Positions 40,563 through 49,928 of a stretch of DNA of 64,000 bases are shown one piece after another. Source of the stretch: an uncultured delta proteobacterium. GTDB taxonomy: Bacteria; Desulfobacterota; Binatia; UBA9968. Numbering within the stretch: the stretch's first letter is position 1; the number at the start of each line of letters is the position of its first letter. The notes below the pieces were generated by a model. The model was not told where the DNA came from. It made no database searches and saw nothing but the letters and a program-made list of their open reading frames with translations. The stretch covers positions 1,664,001 through 1,728,000 of the forward strand of contig CAVUVW010000013.1 in NCBI GenBank assembly GCA_963745035.1, in the 5' to 3' direction. The translations under genes and the position numbers were made by a program.

Positions 40563-41156
40563 CTAACGGGCATGGGGCAAGCGCTTCAGTGGGGGTTGCC
40601 AATGGCCGCCGTGGCTGCTGGCACCTTCTTCCCCGTGCGGGAATGTTGACCGCACTCGTGTCTCGCTTTGTCGTAGGTCTCTGATGGACCTTTCATGCGG
40701 CTGCTCAAAAACTTGCGGGTGCGTTTGGCGAAAAAGCCAATACGCGCCGCCAGTTATGAATGCGATAACGCTGAAACAAATCCAGAATCCCCAAAGCCAA
40801 ATGGGGTGCCAGACCAACTTCGATTCTGAGCTGGCGAGTTGCTTCGCCAAATCGCCGCTTTCTTTTTCCAGCTCGCCGATCCGCGCAGCTTTTTTGCCCA
40901 GCTCTTCCTCCAACGTCTTACTCTCCGCATAGGAGCGCAGCGGCAGCTTGAGCTTATGGCCGATCTGGAGATTGTTTTCCAAGACACCGGGATTTTGGTT
41001 CTTGATTTCTTCTTTGGGAATTTCGAGGGTCGTCGCGATGATTTCAAGATTGTCGCCGGGCCGTACCTTCCACGTTTGACTCGCGGCGGCCGCTAGCAGA
41101 GTCGAAGCCATAAAAAGAGAAGAGAGAATGAAAAGAAGAAAGAAAATTCTCTTCAT
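40563..41156 (-). CDS. LysM domain membrane protein
   Basis: Signal peptide; WKVRPGDNLEIIA...NP...LQIGHKLKLP; coiled coil; TM segment. Confidence 0.8.
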   Translation of the reverse strand: MKRIFFLLFILSSLFMASTLLAAAASQTWKVRPGDNLEIIATTLEIPKEEIKNQNPGVLENNLQIGHKLKLPLRSYAESKTLEEELGKKAARIGELEKESGDLAKQLASSESKLVWHPIWLWGFWICFSVIAFITGGAYWLFRQTHPQVFEQPHERSIRDLRQSETRVRSTFPHGEEGASSHGGHWQPPLKRLPHAR

Positions 41157-41466
41157 AAAGTCCCCTTTCTCGCACCTAAAGAAGTGCGCGCTTAAGACAT
41201 GACATGAAGAAGCCTATCAGGCGCACTGGTGCTCCGCTAGCCCCCCTTGGAACGTCATTTGCGACAATAGTGTGACGGGTAGCGCCGGGTCATGGTGATG
41301 TAAGCGCCAGGAAGCAACGGAATCGCTTTAGGCGTTCCGGAGCGGCTAGATCGCGTCTTCATCGTACGAGTGCCCCGAAACCGAAACGTCCCAGAGTTGG
41401 GTCGGTCATTGCTGAATGCGAGTCGAAGCGACGGCACGGACGCAAACACGCATAGCGTAAGGAGTT

Positions 41467-42156
41467 ATGATGGCGGAAAAGATCAACAGATTCGAAGTAC
41501 AGACACTGCTGAAGAACGGAACACAGCTCGTGGAAGTTTTGGGCCGAAAGGAATACCGCTGGGCGCACCTACCTCAGGCCATCAATATCCCGCTTTGGGA
41601 CATCGATTTTCAAAGCACCTCGGAGCTCATGAAGAATCGATCGATCGTCGTATACTGCCATGATTACCAGTGAGACTTGAGCCCGAGAGCCGCGGCGCGG
41701 CTCGAAACGCTCGGATTTGAAATGGTTTTTGACTACGTGGCGGGAAAACTCGACTGGCTCGCCAATGACTTACCGGTAGAGGGGGAATTGGCTGGGATGC
41801 CAAAACTGGGAGACCTCGCGGATCGCCAGGTTTCCACGTGTTTCCCGGAGGAAGATGCCGGTGAAGTCCTGGATAAAATGCAACAAGACGGTCGCGACCT
41901 TTGCGTTGTTGTAGATAAGGAACGTGTGGTTCTTGGAATTGTAAAAAACGAGGCAACGAAGAATTCGCAACAGTCTGTAGACCAAGTCATGGAGCCGGGG
42001 CCGACCACGTTCCGTCCTTATATCGCCGTTGAGGAGCTGGCTGATCAAGTCGCTGGAAAAAACATGGCTGCCGTTCTCGTGACGACTTCGGACGGCCGTC
42101 TGATTGGCTCGGTACGCGCAGAGGACATCCGATCACGCCAAGGAGGGCGAGAATAA
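41467..42156 (+). CDS. Rhodanese-CBS domain protein, probable selenoprotein (in-frame TGA at 41671-41673)
   Basis: ORFs 41467-41673 and 41677-42156 share a frame. HLPQAINIP..VVYCHDYQ*DLSPRAA..LGF..YVAGK.DW forms one rhodanese domain, followed by a CBS pair. AAGGAG RBS. Confidence 0.8.
41683..41714 (+). promoter_or_regulatory. Candidate bacterial SECIS hairpin
   Basis: gagccgc-ggc-gcggctc with lower stem ccga/tcgg; the G-initiated loop starts 20 nt after the TGA. Confidence 0.6.
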
Positions 42157-42180
42157 ATCGAGGCGGAGTGTCATCCGGGC

Positions 42181-43281
42181 CTATTCCAACACACCGAGTA
42201 ATTGGAATTCATAGACGCCAACCGAGCTAAAGCCGTGAGAAGAGACGACCTTCACTTTCAGATACCGCGCTTTGACCGGCGGGAACTTGAACTCTTGATA
42301 GGGGTTTTTGAAAAAGCGCAGGTTCTGCGTCTGAAACTTGCCGATCGAATCGAATTTTCCGGTCGGAGAATCATTCCCGGCCAGTAGCTCGAACTCTCTC
42401 AAATTCCAGCTCTCCGCACCTAGGATCAGAACCTTGAATGTATCGAAGCTTGCGGGCTTATCATCTTTGAATCCGTAAACCGCCCAGCTGCCGGCAACAC
42501 CGACGTCGATGTATTGCCAATTTTTCTCATCGCCGTCGATGGCGTAGGGCCAGCGATCGTTTGTGGCAGCAACGACATGGCCGCCGTTTTCTGCAGCAAG
42601 CAGATTCGTTGCCGATGATCGAGGTTGTGTTGAAGGCTCGCGCTTGGCATTGTGGCCCGCGCCGCCGAGGTCAGGCTTTGTCGGATCAGGGGCGGTACTC
42701 GTCGTCGACTGAATCGATGACTGGTTCTGGGATTGAGAATGTTGTTTTTCGAAAAAGCCGGTTTGTTGAAGCACGGCAAGCGAACCGAGCGCGCCAGCTA
42801 GGACGCCCGCCAAAATACCCCACACCGTCTTCGACCAATGGGGTGACCGCACTGCGCTAATGATCGGGATTCGTCTTGGTTGCGGGGCGCTGCCATCCAT
42901 CATGCCGGCGACCGTCCGTAATAATTCATCGAACTCACGATGCGAAGAATCACCGTGCCAATCGGAGAGATCCGCTGCTTCGATTCTCTTGAATTCGAGG
43001 GGAATTTTGACGTTATCGATCAACGCCGGCACGAGGATTCCTCGCTCCGCGCCCTCCGCTGCTTCCGTTTTCACCCAACGGGACGACACCGAGGTTTTAG
43101 ACCAGAGAACAACCACACAGCGGGCCGAGCTCAACGCATTCTCGATCGTCTCGTCGAACGACTTGCCGGGCGGAATCTCTCGATCCCACCAAACCGACCA
43201 ACCCCTCTGTGAAAATGCACTGGCGAGCAGCTCAGCTTTTTCCTTATCCGCTCGTGCATAGCTGATAAAAATTTCACTCAT
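42181..43281 (-). CDS. TIR domain - TM - discoidin (F5/8 type C-like) protein
   Basis: IFISYARAD, VWWD and SRWVKTEA motifs; TM WGILAGVLAGALGSLAVL; AIDGD...ARYLKVKV...VYEFQL. Confidence 0.85.
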   Translation of the reverse strand: MSEIFISYARADKEKAELLASAFSQRGWSVWWDREIPPGKSFDETIENALSSARCVVVLWSKTSVSSRWVKTEAAEGAERGILVPALIDNVKIPLEFKRIEAADLSDWHGDSSHREFDELLRTVAGMMDGSAPQPRRIPIISAVRSPHWSKTVWGILAGVLAGALGSLAVLQQTGFFEKQHSQSQNQSSIQSTTSTAPDPTKPDLGGAGHNAKREPSTQPRSSATNLLAAENGGHVVAATNDRWPYAIDGDEKNWQYIDVGVAGSWAVYGFKDDKPASFDTFKVLILGAESWNLREFELLAGNDSPTGKFDSIGKFQTQNLRFFKNPYQEFKFPPVKARYLKVKVVSSHGFSSVGVYEFQLLGVLE

Positions 43282-43546
43282 GCGGCCATGATGATTCCAT
43301 GCCCAACAGAATGCAATCTGTTTTTAAATAACTGCTCCAGACCCAGGGCTGCTCAGCATCAGGGCGCGTAGGAGAAAAATACGACGACAAAGCCTTACAG
43401 AAACCTAGCTCAATCCTACAAAGTCCCAAACACGGAATTTCGCCTGAGCAAGTTTTCAAAATTGGCAGCAAAATCGGACTTTATTGAACATAACTCCGGG
43501 CACATGCTTTGCTCTCCACAGACAGCAGACAGAACGGAGGTGCAAC

Positions 43547-43783
43547 ATGGAACAACTACATGGCTTAACTGAAGATGCGGCTTTACAGCTCCAAGCGATG
43601 TTGGACACTCCCATTGAAGACCAAGCGGCTCCCTACGAGTTGGTCTTGCTCGGAAGCTTGCTGCAAAATGGGCTTCAGTCATTACAGAATTCCGAAAGTG
43701 GTGAGGAAACGTGCGAAATACTTCGCCAGCTGCTGAAAAGTGCATTCGTCATTGGTCGCAGGCATGTCAACCAACTGGTGTAA
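43547..43783 (+). CDS. Hypothetical protein, 78 aa
   Basis: GGAGG RBS; helical acidic ORF. Confidence 0.55.
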   Translation: MEQLHGLTEDAALQLQAMLDTPIEDQAAPYELVLLGSLLQNGLQSLQNSESGEETCEILRQLLKSAFVIGRRHVNQLV

Positions 43784-43849
43784 GGGTTTCACGCGCGTCG
43801 AAGCTTCGACGCATTGCTTCGATGCGCGTTTATAGGGTGGTATTTTTTC

Positions 43850-44052
43850 TAACCCAACGCCATAGGCTTGTTCACGGTGGCTATGATCCTGGCGTAATCG
43901 ACGGCCTAACCGACGATCAGACACGAGCAGCGATTAGCGAGTTTCAGTCCGACCACGCTCTCGTAGCAACAGGCATCGGCGATCCCGAAACCGGCGAGTT
44001 GCTTGGCATCGTGATCAGTCAATCGAGCCAAATTAGCGACAACGTGAAATAG
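43850..44052 (+). pseudogene. Peptidoglycan-binding domain fragment
   Basis: GYDPGVIDG..DQTRAAISEFQSDHAL.ATG..DPET; no convincing start or signal peptide. Confidence 0.6.
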
Positions 44053-44063
44053 CTCGATAAAGG

Positions 44064-44100
44064 AGGGCTGCCTCATCTAACGATGGGGCGGCCCTTTTTT
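44064..44100 (+). terminator. Rho-independent terminator
   Basis: agggctgcctcatc-taac-gatggggcggccct followed by a T run. Confidence 0.75.
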
Positions 44101-44314
44101 CTTCAGGCTCCGATTTCCGGCTTCTGTCAATTTGTACAGAGCATCGGCTCGAACAGAAACGAGCGCCGCGGTCAATCAATTCGCTTTCTTACCATCCCGC
44201 GCTCGCCTTCAAACCTCATCCCGCTTTGATTCCTCTCGCCTCTTTCGACTGTTGCCTATTGCATACTGCCTGTTGTCTTCTCCCTATTTGTGAACCCTGC
44301 CACGCTCGTCTAGG

Positions 44315-45293
44315 ATGAAGGCGATGCTGGACAACTTCCTGCAGATTCTTCCCGGAGGTGATTTTCGATGCCGCCGAGACATTAGGTGGGCGTTGCACGG
44401 GCCGCTTCTACGCGCTTCACGCGCTGGAAAACCGGGTGTACGACATCGAGATGGAAGAAGGGCCGCACGTCATCGTCAAATTTTACCGCCCTGGCCGCTG
44501 GAGCCGCGCGACGATTCAGGCCGAGCACGATTTTTTGAAGGCCCTCGAAGAAAGCGAAATTCCCGTCGTCTGCCCCCTCACCGACAAGACGGGACGAAGC
44601 ATTTTCGAGATCAACAACGTGATGTTCACCCTATTCCCGAAGCGGCCGGGGCGGCTCGAGCCCGAACTGAACAAGGAACAGCTCACGCGGCTGGGCAGGT
44701 TCATGGCTCGACTCCACAGCGTTGGGGCTTCGGTAAAAGGCGCGCCCAGGCTACGCCTCGATCCGCAAACCTATGGGCGCGAGCCTTTGCAGTTTTTAAG
44801 AGACGGGAAGTTCATCCCGCTGGAGCTCGCCAGCCGTTATCAAGCCATCGTCACGCAAATCTGCGACGCGATCACTCCCCGCTTCGAGGGCATCCAATAC
44901 GTTCTGCTCCACGGCGATTGCCATTCCGGAAATATTTTGTGGAATAGAGACGATCCGTACTTCATCGATTTCGACGACATGCTCTACGCGCCCCCCGTTC
45001 AGGATATCTGGATGCTCACGGGCGCGGACGACGAGTACGGCAAAGAGCAAAGGCGCATCTTGCTCGAGGCCTACGAGCAGATCCGAACTTTCGACATGAC
45101 CACCATGCAGCTCATCGAGCCGCTGCGGGCGCTGCGGATGATTCACTTTTCCGCATGGATCGCGCGCCGCTGGGAAGACAGCGCTTTCAAAGCGTCGTTT
45201 CCCGACTTCGGCACCGAGCGTTATTGGCAGGAGCAAATCGAAGCGCTCGATCTGCAGTTAGAAAAAGTGCAATACCCCACGGCCGATCTCTAG
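44315..45293 (+). CDS. srkA: SrkA/RdoA (YihE) family Ser/Thr kinase, 5' end frameshifted near 44354
   Basis: ENRVY, KFYRPGRWS, HGDCHSGN, IDFDD, QDIWM and WIARRWED..F..FP motifs. Confidence 0.88.
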
Positions 45294-45326
45294 CGTTGAG
45301 CCGCGGCCAAGTTCGGAAGCGAAGGG

Positions 45327-45360
45327 GGCCGTCGAGGAAGCCTGCCGTGAGGCTTCTCGA
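45327..45360. repeat. 34-bp palindromic repeat, copy 2
   Basis: ggccgtcgaggaagcc-tgccgtga-ggcttctcga. Confidence 0.75.
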
Positions 45361-45442
45361 ACGGCCTTGAACCATCAAACGGTTTTAACTGAAGGAAAAC
45401 GACGGGACGTTTCTTACTGTTGCCTACTGCCTATTGCATATT

Positions 45443-46039
45443 TCAAGCCTCGGTGTACCACGTGGTATGGCGATCCACAGGAAGGCGCTTGGCCATGGTC
45501 TTCTGCTCGGAATACCCCAGGAAAATGCACGCTACCGGACGCTCTTTTTCCGTCAGTCCTAGAACCGGGCCGACGAAATTCTGGTCGATCCAGGCGCCCG
45601 TGCTGGGATAGCTGCCCAGGCCGCGAGCGGTAGCGGCGACCAGCAGGTTCTCGATGGCGCACCAGCAGGCTGCGTAATTCTCCTGATCGGTGATTTTGTT
45701 GTCATCGCCGACCATGGAAACGATGATTAGAACCGGGGACGAATAACACTTATCCCGGGCGAAGCCGAGATCCTTTTCGCTCGCCTGTTCGCCCTTCTTC
45801 TCCGCGGCCCAACGCACCGACGCTTGTCGGGCTGCGACCAAGCGTTCGCGCCCCTCGCCCGAGAACACGTGGAAACGCCAGGGATGGGTCAATTTGTGGT
45901 TAGGCGCCCAGTGGGCGGCGTCGAGCAGCTCCTCGATCCACTCCCGAGGAATCTCGGTGGGAAGATACTCCTTCACCGAGCGACGCGTCTTGATTGCAGT
46001 GAGCGCATCATCGAGAGGGCGCTCCGTTGTGCTTGCCAT
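45443..46039 (-). CDS. Nitroreductase family protein (YdjA-like)
   Basis: RRSVK, WAPNH..PWRF and ENLLVAATARGLGS motifs. Confidence 0.9.
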   Translation of the reverse strand: MASTTERPLDDALTAIKTRRSVKEYLPTEIPREWIEELLDAAHWAPNHKLTHPWRFHVFSGEGRERLVAARQASVRWAAEKKGEQASEKDLGFARDKCYSSPVLIIVSMVGDDNKITDQENYAACWCAIENLLVAATARGLGSYPSTGAWIDQNFVGPVLGLTEKERPVACIFLGYSEQKTMAKRLPVDRHTTWYTEA

Positions 46040-46330
46040 GATTCTACCTCCGAATCTTGTGCCGATTTATATCTGCAGTAGATTTAAATAAGCTTTTTTT
46101 CCAGGCCGCGCAACATCTCGCCGGAGCGGGAGAGCCGTCAACCCCTTTCCGCGTATCTCTCTGCTAACGGCTTGAACGGAGCGCAGCGGTTGAACGCCTT
46201 GAACGATTTGAATGGGCCTCGTATCTTCTTAGCGCAGCTTGACAATCTTGACGGCGGGGCGTTATCCGTAACGAAATACGCACCGTCGCTCACTCGAGCT
46301 TTATTACTTGGTTTCAGACGTGGAGGACAG

Positions 46331-47512
46331 ATGCACCTCAAGCATGGACTTATCAGCGCCGACTCTCACGCGGCATTTGACCCGGGCACCTACACCAGCC
46401 GGATGTCGGCAAGCAAGTGGGGAGATTTGATCCCGCGGGTGGTGGAAACGAAGGAAAACGGCACAGTTTACGACCGCTGGTCGATCTACGGCAAGATTTC
46501 CGACAACGACATATGCAACTGCCCGGCTCTGATGGGCGAGCCATTCCCGACGTTCCCGAAGCGATGGGGGGAAGTGCCGGCGACCGCCTATGATCCGCGG
46601 GAGCGCCTGACTGCGCTCGACCGCGACGGTATCGATGCAGAGGTGCTGTTTCCGAACCCTCCGGGCGGGACCTTTTTTGAATATGGCGATCGCGAATTCG
46701 AGCTCGACGTCGTGCGCGCCTATAACGACGCGCTGTCCGACTGGGCGCGCGCGAGCGACCGCTATCTGCCGCTCGCCATCATCGCCTATCTGAGCCAACC
46801 GGAGACCATCGCCCGCGAGATCGAGCGCGCCGCGGCGGCCGGTCATCGCGGCATCAATTGTCTGGGCGAGATGCCGTCACCGCTGCCCCATCTCACCGAT
46901 CCCTACTGGTATCCGCTCTGGGATGTTTGCCAGGCGCTCGACCTGCCCGTGCACATTCACGGCTCCGCGGGTGTGCGCGCCGGAGGTTCGGTGCGCAAAT
47001 GGAGCGGCTATACGCCGCGCCAGGCCCATTCGGCGATGACCGCCACGTCGGCGGTGACGCCGGCGCAGGTTGTGCCGCATTTGATTTTTTCGGGATTGAT
47101 GCAGCGCTTCCCGCGCCTGAAAATCGTCTTTGCTGAGGCCGGCATCGGCGGCCTCAATTACGTGCTCGCGGCCTGTGATCACGAGTGGGAATCGCGCCGG
47201 TTGTGGAGCGAAGGCCTGCAGACGCGCCCGAGCGAGACAGTGCGCCGGCAAGTATATGTGAATTTCTGGTTCGAGGCCGAAGGCATCAAGCTGCGCCACG
47301 ATATCGGCATCGATAACATCATGTGGGAATCGGACTTCCCGCACGTGGCATCGTATTACCCGCGTTCCTGGCAGGAGGTCCATCGCGTGCTCGAAGGCGT
47401 GCCGCCCGAAGATCGACGCAAGCTGCTCTACGAGAACGCGATCCGGCTGTACCGCATCGATGCGGCTGTGCCGGAGAAAACCATCTCGGGGGATGCGGCA
47501 TCGTGGAGCTGA
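46331..47512 (+). CDS. Amidohydrolase_2 family protein
   Basis: ISADSH, DGIDAEVLFP, AYND, HIHG and WESDFPH motifs; GGAGG RBS. Confidence 0.9.
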   Translation: MHLKHGLISADSHAAFDPGTYTSRMSASKWGDLIPRVVETKENGTVYDRWSIYGKISDNDICNCPALMGEPFPTFPKRWGEVPATAYDPRERLTALDRDGIDAEVLFPNPPGGTFFEYGDREFELDVVRAYNDALSDWARASDRYLPLAIIAYLSQPETIAREIERAAAAGHRGINCLGEMPSPLPHLTDPYWYPLWDVCQALDLPVHIHGSAGVRAGGSVRKWSGYTPRQAHSAMTATSAVTPAQVVPHLIFSGLMQRFPRLKIVFAEAGIGGLNYVLAACDHEWESRRLWSEGLQTRPSETVRRQVYVNFWFEAEGIKLRHDIGIDNIMWESDFPHVASYYPRSWQEVHRVLEGVPPEDRRKLLYENAIRLYRIDAAVPEKTISGDAASWS

Positions 47513-48628
47513 AGTACGGCTTCATCAGCGTCGACGACCACGTGCAGGAGCCGCCCGATCTTTGGAGCGAGCGAATGCCGCGCCGCTGGGGCGCGCGGGT
47601 GCCGCATCTCGAGCGCGCATCCGACGGAGCGGAGCGCTGGGTGGTCGACGGGAAAACTCTGCTCGGCGGTACGGCGAGCAAAGCCGGCGCTTTCATGACC
47701 GATCGTAATTGCGAGCCGAGCCGTTGGGACGAAGTTCCAGCGGCGGCCTACGTGCCTGCCGAGCGTCTGAAGGTGATGGACGCCGCCGGCGTGGATGTTT
47801 CCGTGCTCTATCCGACCGTGGCGGGATTGGCGGGAGAAGTGTTTGGCGCGATCGAGGACAACGAGCTCGAGCTTGCCTGTGTCCAGGCGTACAACGACTG
47901 GCTGATCGAGTCATTGGGCCGCAGCGAGCGAACGATTCATTCCCCAATGCATCGTCCCGATTTGGCCGGTCGACGCGACCATCAAAGAGATTCGCCGTGC
48001 GGTAAAACTCGGCCACCGCGGCGTGGTGTTTCCATCGCTGCCCATGCATCTGCGCAACGTCCCGCATGTCAGCGGACCCGAGTACGATCCGCTGTGGGCG
48101 GCGTGTGAGGACCTCGATGTGCCAGTCTGCTTCCACGCCGGCGCTTCCGCCGAGCTGCAGTATCCGCCCTCTACCGCGCTCAGCGGTCCGCTCGCCCAGG
48201 CTCTCGACGCGGTGACCCGGCCGGTTTCCAATGTGTTCGTGCTCTCGCTCTACTCGTTCTCGCGGGTGTTCCTGCGCCATCCCCGGCTGCGGATCGTGCT
48301 TGCCGAAAGCGCCTTGAGCTGGGCAATGCTGTTTATGGAATGGGCCGATCACCAGTTCGAGCACGACGGGCTGGCGCGCGAGGGCTACGATTTGAAGCCG
48401 TCGGAAATGTTTCGCCGCAACTGCTTTTTGACGTCGTGGTTCGATCCCGTCGCGCCCTTTCTTGAATACGTCGGCGCGGAGCATATTCTCTGGTCGAGCA
48501 AGCTGCCGCTGGCGACGTCGAGCTGGCCGAACACACGCGAGACGATTGAAAGTTCTTTCCGCGACGTCTCACCTCAAGCCAAGGAAAAGATACTGTGGCG
48601 CAACGCCGCGCAACTCTATCGCTTGTGA
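47503..48628 (+). CDS. Amidohydrolase_2 family protein with degenerate C-terminal motif, frameshifted near 47911
   Basis: ISVDDHVQEP and AYNDWL in one frame; YDPLWAACE, CFHAG, WSSKLP and NAAQLY in the next. Confidence 0.82.
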
Positions 48629-48642
48629 CAAGTCGGGCATAG

Positions 48643-48761
48643 AAGCTCACCGGAGAGGAAGACTCGCCGTTGACGCCAACGCGCACGACAAAGCGATCAG
48701 AGAACTTCCCAAGGATGCTCAAACGATCCAGTTCTACAAGATGCAGTACGACCACGCTTAA
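48643..48761 (+). pseudogene. 3' relic of a Bug/TctC gene
   Basis: KLTGEEDSPLT/NAHDKAIRELPKD matches KLTGDEVLPLMPEAVEKAIRELPRE of the 60085-61134 gene. Confidence 0.65.
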
Positions 48762-48786
48762 CGACTCACGTTCACGGCTTTTCTCT

Positions 48787-48815
48787 TTATCCCTTATCCT
48801 TTCGCCTTTATCCTT
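48787..48815. repeat. TTATCCT heptamer x4
   Basis: Near-identical arrays at 58194-58222 and 61451-61479. Confidence 0.75.
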
Positions 48816-48827
48816 TACAAAAGTTGC

Positions 48828-49211
48828 CTATTCAGGAACGCACGCCGTAACGGTGATCTCCACCAGGAGTTCCGGGGCGTTCAACATGACTTCCACGGTG
48901 GTGCGGGCGGGTTTGTTCGTCGGGAAAAACTTGGCGTACTCCTCGTTGTAGGCGGCAAGGTCCTCACGTCGGGTCAGATGCGTCAGCACCGTCAGAACAT
49001 TCTCGAGAGATGTCCCCGCGGTTTTCAAAATCATCTCGACGCGCTGAAGAGCGTACTGAGTCTGCTCGCGAACGTTCCTGCCGACCTCTCCGGTAATCGG
49101 GTGCCGGCCGGTTTGGCCGGCGACGAACACCAGATCTCCAAACCGCGTGGCCGGTGAGAGATTCGGATTCGCCGCGGCGAGATTCACCTGAATAACTTCT
49201 TTCTTCGGCAT
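48828..49211 (-). CDS. RidA/YjgF family protein
   Basis: VFVAGQTG, NEEYAKFF..KPARTTVEV and LVEI motifs. Confidence 0.9.
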   Translation of the reverse strand: MPKKEVIQVNLAAANPNLSPATRFGDLVFVAGQTGRHPITGEVGRNVREQTQYALQRVEMILKTAGTSLENVLTVLTHLTRREDLAAYNEEYAKFFPTNKPARTTVEVMLNAPELLVEITVTACVPE

Positions 49212-49502
49212 CGCGTCTCCTCAATGAAGTTTGTTTACAAATTAACGGCCTTGTTACCAGATTTGACTCAGCCTTGCACGGTCGCTCGGTCGGGCCAAGC
49301 TATGTGCGTATTACATCGCGACCACTGCTTTCGATGTTTCGAGAATTCTCGAAGCGTGGAAGCTCAGCGTCAGGCCAACTTACCCTGAACTTTGAACCGC
49401 TTCGTCAGGTACCGTTGAAACAACTCTGAAACCGTTCTTCGTTGGCATAACGCTTTGAACAGAGTGAAACGGTTGAACGGTTTTTACTGTTGCCTGTTGC
49501 CT

Positions 49503-49928
49503 TCAGTTTGCCCCGCGGATGAGGCGGCAGAGCGCACGAAAGACGGCTTGGACCAGCTCGAAGTCCAGCGAGAGGATGTCATGAAAATCCTGAGCATTGA
49601 GCTTGAGGGCGTGAACAGGTTCAATCGCCTTTACGGTGTGGAGAGCCGGTCCAAAATCGAGAGCGGCTACCGTTCCAAAGACTTCTTTTTCACCAACCTC
49701 ACGCAGCCTTTTTCCTTTGCTCTCGACCGACACGCGGCCATTGAAGATAAAATAGATAGCGTCCGTAGGTACAGCTTCATCGACGATAGTTTCCCCAGCC
49801 GAGAAATGGATCTCGTCGGTGAGGGCAGCGACGCTGCCAAGTTTTTCTACCGCAGCGCGATCAAAGATATCTAGCGACTTAAGGAAAATCACTTTTTCTA
49901 TCGTGGTAAGCCTTTTTTGTTCCATCAT
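49503..49928 (-). CDS. Cyclic nucleotide-binding domain protein
   Basis: EKVIFLKSLDIF, GETIV, IYFIFNGRV and VFG motifs; coupled to the upstream gene. Confidence 0.82.
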   Translation of the reverse strand: MMEQKRLTTIEKVIFLKSLDIFDRAAVEKLGSVAALTDEIHFSAGETIVDEAVPTDAIYFIFNGRVSVESKGKRLREVGEKEVFGTVAALDFGPALHTVKAIEPVHALKLNAQDFHDILSLDFELVQAVFRALCRLIRGAN

